From positions 30,380,001 to 30,444,000 of the forward strand of contig NC_079169.1 in the NCBI RefSeq assembly GCF_947568905.1: DNA of 64,000 bases. The letters are read 5' to 3'. Under the pieces are notes generated by a model, which worked only from the letters and a program-made list of their open reading frames with translations, ran no database searches and was not told where the DNA came from. The position numbers and the translations under genes are program-made. Numbering within the stretch: the stretch's first letter is position 1; every line of letters begins with the position of its first letter. Below are positions 13,201-24,400 of this stretch, in pieces. This DNA comes from Ostrea edulis. Its lineage: Eukaryota.

Positions 13201-16200
13201 TTGCGCCAAAAAACGGACTAACAATCGGTATGAAACATGTCAAAGAGCATTTGACCCAATGATATATTGTATTGGCAAACTATATCTTTATAAAGACCAT
13301 AGAATTGGTAAAATGCTGACTTTAAACGAGACTATTGAAACCCCTGTAACATCAACTTGTTTGTATGTAACCTGACTTGGTTTAAAAACTGATCATACGC
13401 ACAACAAGCTCTTGTGTATTGAATCAGTTGAGAAATATAAACACCAAAGGCAAGTGATAATGGAATATTGCTACTTAAATATGGGAAGTTGACGACAGAG
13501 AAGCTGAAATCATCTCGTTTGTCATAAAGTTGAGTTTTTCATTTGCCGTTAATATTTATTTTCGATGAAATATATAAGTACGAAGCAAATGGGGAGAACT
13601 ATGTGGTGTATCTTATTTCGAGATCACAGGGATATATCGAATCGACATATAATTAGATAAAACGTCGTCGATATATCTAAATGTGGAGTTGAAGGCCATA
13701 GCATGAGATCTTTTCTTCTCATATAGAAGCTTTTGAATAAACTCTGTTCCGTAAGAATATAAAAACAGGCCAGCTAACGAAGGAGCACTATACTGTTATA
13801 TTGCAGTATTGTACCGGCCCAGCGAGAATATTTCACTCGTATCGGGACTTCTCTACTTTAGTTGCCACAACTTTAGACGTATGTTATGGCCTCAGGTAAA
13901 TGAGTTTTAAGATCACTCGATTACCCGAGACCCGTTTTTAAAGCAGAACTCTTAACAATGGATTAGTCATACCTTGATTTACAACTCTTATCACCATCTG
14001 GGCTTGAACCCACGACCCCGATCAAGAAACGAACTACAGTCATTAGCGAAAAGCATTCGTAAAAAACAAAATGGCAGCCGCCAATTGAGTAAAGTTGGTA
14101 CTGCTTGGAATTTAATAACATATAAAACACTTCAGTATTCTGTTGTTTCCTATGTAGGGATTTCTACACATTTTGGATGTACATAGTGGGTATGATCGTC
14201 CAAATATTCCGTATAGCGTGTTCCAGTTCACGGACATTGCTAATGTTCGCCGCTTGTTTTTTAAGGTTTTTTTCAAAAGCCACCAACAGTTCTCCATTAT
14301 ATTAAGGTTAGGATTCTGAACTGGCCAAAAACCATGGACTTAAGTTGTGTATTTCTACGGAAATCTTGTACTATATGAGCCCTATATACTGGGGCATTGC
14401 CATCCTGGAATATATAGTTTCCACCCACGAAATGTCGTACAATAACAGACCACAGGTTGTCATCAAGGATAGAAATGTACTTTTCTGCATTGATATTTTC
14501 ATCAACGACACAAATTGTCCAGACATCATGAAAGGTGATGTACCCCCATATCATCAAAGTTAACTCTTGCATCACGAACACCGAATTCTTTTGGTCGCCC
14601 GGATCGTAGTTTGTTTTCAGTACTTCTCAGTACATATCGTTGAAGAAAACTGTACACAGTGCTTTGTTTCAGCCTGACCATCTTACAATGTCTATTTTTA
14701 ACATTTGCATTGTAAAGAGCAGTTATGTATGTTTTTGCTCATTTATCAACTCTTTTTCCTTTCGACTCATCTTTGTTTCCAAGGGGTTGTCCCAAATCAT
14801 GCAGACGACACGGATATTACGTCTTCATGACGTTTATGAATAACGTGATAGCTTTCTATCTATTACTCTGGAATATGTATTGTAGATGAGCAGATCTAAG
14901 ACTTTTCTGTTATATCGTGATACGGATTTTGTTTACATCGGGCGGCCATTTTGATTTTTACCAACACTTTTGGCGGATGACTGTATGCAAGGTGAAAATA
15001 ACGAACAGTGATCAATCTCATAACTCCTACAAGCAATACAAAATAGATAGTTGGGCAAACACGGACCCCTGGACACACCAGAGGTGGGATCAGGTGACTA
15101 GGAGGAGTAAGCATCCCCTGTTGACCGGTCACACTCGCCGTGATCCCTATATCCTGATCAGGTAAACGGAGTTATCTGCAGTCAAAATCAGTGTGCCAAG
15201 TATTGGAATATTGCTACATAAATGTGGGAAGTTGACGATGGAGAAGCTGAAATCATCCCGTTTGTCATACAGTTGAGTTGTTAGTTTGCCGTTAATGTCT
15301 ACTTTCAATAAAATATCTAAGTATGAAGCAGAAGTGGACGACTCTGTGGTGTCCTTTATTTCGAGCTCACAGGGATATATCAAATCGACATATGAATGAA
15401 AGCTATCATTGTTAATAGACAAAACGTCATCGATATATCTAAAAGTCGAATTGAAGGTCACAGCGAGAGATTTTTTCTTCTCACGTAGAAGTTTTTGAAT
15501 AAATTCTGCTTCATATGAATATAAAAACAGGTCAGCTAACAAAGGAGCACAATTCGTGCCCATGGGAATTCCAACAGACTGTTGGAAGACCTGATCACCA
15601 AAGACCACGAAGATATTGTCAATGAGGAACTCTAGCATATTTTTTATTTCAACTTCAGAGTACTTGTGCGTGGAATCAGAGTGGTGTTTAACTAAGTAAG
15701 TTTTTGAATGACTGATCACTAGATATGAATATTTCCGTTTTCCGTTTTTGTTGAAGAAGCAACTGTCTATGATGTATGTTATTTCAAAAACTGAACCTGG
15801 CGCATTGAAAAACGGACGAGTCATGTGACATCTGTATACGATATAAAATCTAACTTCTATACTATTTTTGACAACACAAACTGATATTTCCAACAAGGTT
15901 TGTTTGAATTATATAGTTTGATATAAGATAAAATTATCAATTATCGTAATTTATCACAAAACAAATCACAAATATAATGTGAAATACATTAAATTCTTAT
16001 TTCTGGCGTTCATTGTGTTGGTAATACACAACGGTGTATAATTGAATAACACGCGTTAGCAAAAATTGTTTAAAAATTATTTTTAACGCTTACATTCACA
16101 CCGAATATAGATATGATATGTAATATCACATTTCCCAGTACTCACTATACTTATCAATAAAAACGTTTGGAAAGCAAGGAATAGTCACAGGTGCTTTCTT

Positions 16201-19200
16201 CACCATGATTGATAGGATCGGCATTGTGACATCCATTTTATCATTTTTTTGTGGCAATGTGAACTATTCAAAGCAATACAAGTTTTAACCGCCGGTGTTT
16301 TTCAACTATCCAATGCAAGTATGCACCAATTAACATACACCTATCGGTATAATTAACATAATGTCCATGATGTAAAACTTATACGGTACCCATTTTGATG
16401 CACCAGATGCGCATTTCGACAAATAATGTCTCTTCAGTGATGCTCAAGCCAAAATTTTGGAAATTCGAAATAATAATAAACTTGTGAGAGCTAGAAGGAA
16501 AAATAGAGTGCCAAAAATGGAGCCAAATTCGTCCAAGGATAAGAGCTAAGCATTAATTTTGAAATGAATATGATAAAAATTCAGGAAAAGAATTAAGGGG
16601 ATATTGCTGAAAAGCATACCTACAATGACCATTTCGTATAAACCGCCATAGTATCAAACACAGTCGTCGTTACTCGGTCACGGGAAATATGATTGCCGAA
16701 TATGATCGAGTTGATGAGACCAAGGTCATACGGAGATGGAAACTCACATTTCGATTTTTAAAAGATATTACAAAGCGTCATGAATGTTAAAGTGTAAAAA
16801 AAGTAGAAATTACACAAATGTGCCACTCGGATGAAATTTTGATAATGAATTTTATATAAAATTGGCATATTGGAAAAGTTGTTTACATATTTGACACGTG
16901 TGCATTGCATATCTTCTGTAATGGTGACCTCCGAGGTCAATGCACATCTGAGATTACGAACAGGAATTACTTTTAGTTTGTTTGGTATATACCGTCAGCT
17001 ACAGCTTGTATTGCTTTTAGAACCAACAAAGTTTTTCAGTCGATATATCACCCAAAATTGATGATTGATTTCCTACACAAGAGGAAGCAATTATTGTCAT
17101 GAACAAAGCAATTATTGCGTTCAAAGTCTATAAGACGCAATTGCTAGTTATAAAGTTCATAGTGGAGAGAAAAAATTGATATGTAGATATTGTCAAATGA
17201 ACCATAACATATTTCTAAGTTTTTCATAACAAAGTATTGTTAAAATGTGAAATATCTTTATGTAACAATTTTTCATTATCATCTGCATATGGTGTTTCTC
17301 TACTGATTGGATACGAGAGAGCATGTTTTGCGTATGATCAATATTTAAACCGGAGATGGACACTGACAAATATGTTGATGTTACAAAGGCTTCAACAGCC
17401 TCGTTTGAAGTCAGGATTTGGCTAATTCTATGGCTGTTATGATCTTACTTGCAAATACAACCTGTCATTATGTCGAATGCTGTCTGACGTGTTACCGTTC
17501 TTCATAAAATGATTCTGACTACGTTTACCTGATCAAGATATAGGGCTCATAGTAAGTGTGACTCGTCAACAGAGGATGCTTACACCTGTGAGGCACCTGG
17601 TCCCACCTCTGGTGTGTCCAGGGGTCTATGTATGCCCAACTCTCTATTTTGTAATGCTTATAGGAGTTATGAGATTGGTTACTGTTCGTTATCTTTTTTT
17701 ATTCAAAAGTACACGAAATTCTTTTATAGATGAAAGTAACGTCAGATACACACACAATTTACTTAATATCTCAGAGATCAGTGAAAAGTTGTTCTATATA
17801 CTTCTGCATGACATTTTTTATACAACTTCTGTCATCGTTTAAGCAAAAATCGCAGGAAAATTTTGCAAATGCAACATAAATTCTGAGATTGGCCTTCTTA
17901 CTAATCAACATATTTACTTATGTAAATATGTGTTTACATATTTTTTTTATACATGTAAAAGTATGTCTTTGCATCATTAATATGATTTCTTATGAATAAA
18001 AAAACCCATCAAAATGAACAAAATCATCATTCATTTAACAATTATACATTATTTAAGTTTGAATTCATTTATAGTATTTTTGAATACACAGAAAATCGGA
18101 AACAGGCTATACTGCAGATTCCGAGAGTGGCGGTGAGGAAAATATTGAAGATATAAGGTTAGTAAATTGTTCTATATCATTTTTCATATTTTCCAATCAT
18201 TAAATAAACTGTAAATGGAAAAATGATGTTCATGCATTTGTGTGTGTACTATGTATTATCATTATTCAAGATACTCATATGTAATAATCATTCATTTATC
18301 GCACTTGCATAGATATATGTAGTGATTAGATACTTATATATTTCCTTTGCAAACAGTTGCAAAGATGAAGTCGATGTCATGTTAACCAAACTAGAAGAGG
18401 AACACGGTTTTCACACCGTTCGAAGGTAATTTTGATTTATTTCCTTCTCTCCCTGCAGAGAGTAGAGCCATGAGCAATTCCTCTCCATTCTGTCCTTCGT
18501 TCTGCCACCCTGCTTTCTTCTGTCGAGGTCTTAAATCCAAATCCTTTTTTTTCACTCTACGGTTTTCCTCCATGTATTTAGAGTACAGCATCATAATTTA
18601 TTCATATATTTGAGACGACCTAAATCCCTTCCAGATACGTTACAGATACAGCACATTGTATTTCAAAATACAAATGTTTAGAGTCGGTGAATATTTTTTC
18701 TATTAAAAGGTTTTCTTGGTTCACAAACATCTCACGATGCATGAATATGGATATTTTGCTGTTACATTGGAAACATTTTTTGTGACTCTCAGTTGTTTTA
18801 TGACACTATGAAGCTGACAAATATTAGCCAAAACAACGTTTTTAGTAATTGAATATAAAAATCGCAAAACTTTTAAAATTTGATAGCAAGATATCATACA
18901 TGGAAGTTTTTTTGTTTCTATATTCAAAACATGAATTATAATAAAAACAAATATTGAATTATTTTTTTAATAGATCGTCGACACTAGCGTGTTATTCGAT
19001 TTGTTGCCATGGCTAGATTATCTCATGCCATTGAAGAAGTAAAAACGTTGGATGTTTTAAAAGATCTAACTTTGATTATGTACCAGAGTTACTGATTTTT
19101 CAGAGAAGCAATGAAACCTCATAAACCGTTGGTGGGGGTAGAGTTCGACCCTTCTTGGAACAAAAAGATCGGCGCCGTGGAAAAGACAGCAAAGCCCGCA

Positions 19201-21290
19201 CAGTAAATGATTTCATTTTATAGACACGTGGCACGATTCAACCTCGATATCATAATTTATGGATTTTATTTCTTGTCCATTTCTTTTCACAGACAGGATG
19301 ACGATTCACCGGCAGAAGAAGTGGAGAGGTTAGAAAATATCAAAATATTTTTAAATTCAAGTCCCATAACTCTGTCACAACAAAACCAATAAATCTAAAA
19401 ATCAAAAGGGGTCTTCCTCTTCCTAATCCAAGCATCTCATTTAAATTCTATGAAAATATTCTCTAGAACTCTCAAGTTATTGCAAGCCATAGTAAATGGT
19501 ATTATCTTATCAATACTCATTAAATCAAAATAAAACGAATGAAAAAGCATAGATTTCAGACAAACTTTCAGAATATAAGTATATGGATGACGTTTTTATC
19601 AGTGAAAAAGAAGAAGGTAAAACTGGTCCAGTCGATGACCATTCCAGCTCGTACAGTTCGGTGGATGAAGACAGCTGGGAAAGGTAAATCAATGACAAAT
19701 TCATATCGATTCGCTAACCATGAATTTCATATGTATTTTGATTGATGTGTACACCATAAAATACAAACAAAAATATTTTATACATCCGCAGTGAATATGA
19801 TGTGCCTTCAGACTTTGAAAGGTAAATATCTAATTAATTTAATTCAAGAGTTTTAAAACTACTTAGTGCATGAAAAGGTGAAGATAAGGAACAGTTATCA
19901 ATCTCATAGGTCCTATAAGGAATACAAAATTCAGAGTTGGACAAACACGAATCAGGTGCTTAGGAGGAGTTAGCATCCCCTGCTGACCGGTCATAAACGC
20001 CGTGAGCCCTATATCCCTATATCCAGATCAAGTAAACGGAGTTATTCATAGTCAAAATCATTGTGTAAAGAACGGCCTATCAATTTTATATGTTAGACAA
20101 CATTTAATCCAATGACAGGTGGTATTGTACATACGGTTTTTAAAAGTTTAATTCTATAAACGATTTTTCTTTTGTAAAATGACATCTGTTGTATATGAAC
20201 CTCTTTAAAGGGACTGATTCACGATTTTCCCCAAAATTTTGTTTTTCACTTTTAATGATCAAAATCTACTGTCTAAGGTGTTTAAAAGATTTCACATGAA
20301 AATTAATGTTATACATTATCATAGAAGCTCATTTTAGAGAGTTTATCATTTCTTTTGTAAACAAAGATTGTGGTATGTTATTGTTTACGAATTTTTCAAA
20401 AGAAATGGATTTCCATCCAAGTTTATCATATCTTTCACATTTCAAGCAATCGTTGGGTAAAATGTGACATCTAAAAGTTAAAATTTGTGAATATCCAAAA
20501 TTATGATGCTTTATATTACAAAATTAATATTTCACTGGTTTGTTTGTTTACATAAAAAGACTCGAGTCTTTGTTTACACAACACAGATTTAAGGCTAAAA
20601 TATTCCTTTTATTCTTGCATTCAGAAGGTCAAAATTTTGGCTGTCAACATTGAATGAGTTATATTTTTAATGTTTAACATCAAAAATGAAAAATATTTTT
20701 CTCAAAAATCGTGAACCAGTCCCTTTAATGCCAGTAAGTGTTTTCAATCTGTTGGATACTTTGTGGAGATGAATACATTATTTGAAACATCGGAGCACTG
20801 AACACTCTCTTGATTACGTTTTTATTTTATTATTGTAGTGATACACCTAGTGAACCAGGGGAAGAAGTAGAAAGGTATAAAATATGACCATGATGATGCA
20901 TAGCTATTCGAATTTTTATTCTACTTTCACATTTACCATGAGCTACTTGATATCTCATTTTCACTTTATGTTTCAATGGTCACGTAACTGCTGTTCTGCC
21001 AGCAAAGGAATAAACTGACAAAAAAGAATATCATACGGAGTGTTGATACCTCTGTACGGCAAAGCTCGTAAAATATATTTCTAAAAGATTATTGAAAATC
21101 ACCTAAAAACATTGACTTTTACCTTCACACGTTCATAATAACATACTATATAGAATGTATATTGCAGTGATAGGTGTAACCAAATTCCTTCGCTGGTCCA
21201 ACCCACAATTTCACAAAATATTGTTGAGAACATTACATGACACTTCCATATATTTTCTTACACCCCACCCCCAAATCATCATATCTGCAT

Positions 21291-21347
<57 letters not shown>

Positions 21348-21402
21348 TTAAAACTTATACGGTGCCAATTTTGATGCACCAGATGCGCATTTCGACAAAT
21401 GA

Positions 21403-21433
<31 letters not shown>

Positions 21434-24400
21434 TCGAGATCATACGGTTAAACAGATAGAATCATACTTGAGATAACGCTAGCATTGTAATCAAACCTCG
21501 TCTATTGATGATATACTCAAAATTAATTGGCATGGATATACGTGATATGTATATACCCGTCTCTGGGTCGTATTTTGCTCTTTGTGAAAAGATATGGATT
21601 ATCGAACTTGAAACTTGATGTTGTTCCTGTTCAGATAACAATTCTAAAATCAACATATATCATAACGGTGGATTGCATAATGACAGACATTATATGTCAG
21701 CTATAGCAGTAAGGCAAGTATTAACGTGGTCGTTCAGCGATTGCATTATGAAGATGATTGTTGATATCTTAACACTTAATGGCTATTGAACTCAAGAGTG
21801 GGCATCTTTTAAGAAATATTGTCTTTACTTATGTAAAACTTATACGGTACCAATTTTGATGCACCAGATGCGCATTTCGACAAATTATGTCTCTTCAGTG
21901 ATGCTCAACCGAAATGTTTGAAATCCGAAATAACAATGAAGTTTTAGAGCTATTATAGGCAAAACAGTGTGCCAAAAAAGTGGAATCAAATTCGTTCAAG
22001 GATAAGAGCTATGCGTGAGGGAGATAATCCTTAATTTTGAAATGAATTTCTAAATTTTATAACAGCAATTAAATATACATCCGTATTTTCAAGCTAGTAA
22101 CGAAGTACTTAGCTACTGGGCTATAGAGACCATCTCGGACTAACAGTCCACCAGCAGAGGCCTCGACCCAGGGGTCATAATGTAAAACTTATACGGTACC
22201 AATTTTGATGCACCAGATGCACATTTCGACAAATTATGTACATCGATAAAATATCAGCGTTTTATATTTTCAGTTCTGTACAACCCGGAATGAGTAAAAC
22301 AAAATTATGTAGTGATGTTTCCATCGAATATCCAGATAAGTATAATTTCGGGGAAATACAAGCCATTCCGTGGTCACAGGAGAGGCGGGCCAACGAGATA
22401 AAAGACAGTGCTCTAAGTTACATGGAAAAACTCTGCAGTGACATTTATTTGATGGTGGATATATCTAGAAATAAAACAATCCTGGTATTTGATCAAAGTG
22501 ACGAAGCTTTGGTGACAGTCTCTGTCAAAGTTCCCGGTGATAAAGATTCTGGATACATTTATGAAGCAAGGATAAAGAACAGATCAAATTGGGTCGCAAG
22601 GGTTGCTGAACATATGGTACATATTTTTTATCGGAAAACATACTGATCTTGCCAATTTTTCAAATGTGTTCTCCTGAAATAAAGCTAACCTAATGATTTC
22701 TCATTTCAGGGCGATCAAATTAAATTTCACGCAACAGAAATCGAGTCTTTTTTCATCGTAAAGATTCCTCTGAAAGATTCTGCTATGATTTCCCCGCAGG
22801 GAAACACACTCTCTTTCAATCACACAAAGGGTGTGTCTCTGGATATACCATCACAGACCGTAAACAAACCTCAGCCCATTGTCATGCAGGTAGAATCAAA
22901 GTCTTTCTTGTTTTTCCGCTCGCTGAAACTACAGCACGAGGGAACATTCTCATATTTTCACAAAATGTCTAAGAATGAGAATATTGATTTTCATTGACTA
23001 ATGGGTCTGGTACAAATTTGTGTTTATTTTTCTTCATTCCAAACTACAATACGTATCGAGTGGCCTTAAAAGTAAGAAAAAACAACTACAGATTCATCGC
23101 AGAAATTGTACATTTCTCTGTTTATCATTTCCTTTTTGCATAAATCAAAACTGTACAGCTGGACTCAACAGGGCGTACAACATAGAAAAACATGTAAGCA
23201 CACCGATCTCATGAATAAATAAAAATGTCGACCTCCTCCATCATGTACCTTTTTTCATTAGACGGGAAGAGTTATGTTATGGCACTGTCCGTGTGTCTGT
23301 CTGTCTGTCTGTCTGACTGACTGACTGACTGTCCGTCCGAGGTAATGTTTTCCGGACCTTTTTTCCGTAATTGATGCATGTACGACTTTGAAATGTAGTT
23401 ACAATTTCTCAAGAGTGAGTTTGCATATTAGCTGGATTGGTGCACATTGACCTACTTTAGGGATATAAGTAGGTAAAACAGTTTTCCTCATGTTTTCTTA
23501 TTACAGATCCAGATATTGCCCTGCAATTTACTCATAAGCTTCTTTTTGGAGAAACACAAGTTCAGTTGCAATTCAGCTGGATTGGCCTGTCCGTTCGTGA
23601 CCTACATTAGGACTAAAAGTAGGTCAGACATTTTCCCGGGCCTTTTGTAATTATGGATACATATATTGCCCTGAAATTTAGTCACAGGCTTTCTCTTGGA
23701 GAATTTTATGCTCAGTTTGCATTTCAGCTGCTTTGGTGAGTCCTTGACCTATTTTAAGGCTAAAAGTAGGTCAAACAGTTTTCTAGGCTTTTATCATTGC
23801 GGGTACAGATATTGCCCTGAAATTTAGTCACAATTTTTGTCTTAGAGGGATATAAGTTAAATTTGCATTTCAGCTGAATTGGTCTGTTAGTCAGTCTGTC
23901 GTTCAGTCCAAGGTAATGCTTTCCAGACTTTTTCCCGTAATAGATACATGTACAGTATTAAAATTTGATCACAATCTCTTCATCAAGAAGCTAAAGAGTG
24001 ATTTTTCACTTCAACTGGATTAGTGTACCGTGACTTACTTTCGAGCTAAAAGTAGGTCAAACAGTTTTCTGTACCTTTGCGTTACAGATAAAGATATTGT
24101 CCTGAATTAGTCACACGCTTTCTCTTGGAGGAATACAATTGCAGTTAGCATTTCTGTTGAATTGGTACACCATGACCTTCTTTAAGCGTAGAAGTAGGTC
24201 AAACAGTTTTCCAGATTTTTATCGGTATGGTGATAGGTATTGCCCTCAAAATTCGTCACAACCTCCCTCTCAGAGAAATACATATTCAGCTCACATTTCA
24301 ACTTATTGGTTCACCATGACCTACTTTAGGGCTAAAAGTTTATCAAATGGTTTCCTGGAGTTTTTCTCATCATATATACAGATATTGCACTGATATTTTG

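Noticed and set aside
14985-15200. Hammerhead ribozyme in the Naiad 3' UTR
   Set aside because: No CUGANGA...GAAA core found on either strand, consistent with Naiads lacking canonical hammerheads.
18974-18990. Extra micro-exon after taatag
   Set aside because: The donor is weak (gc|gtgtta) and the longer reading hits a stop. Not needed for the model.
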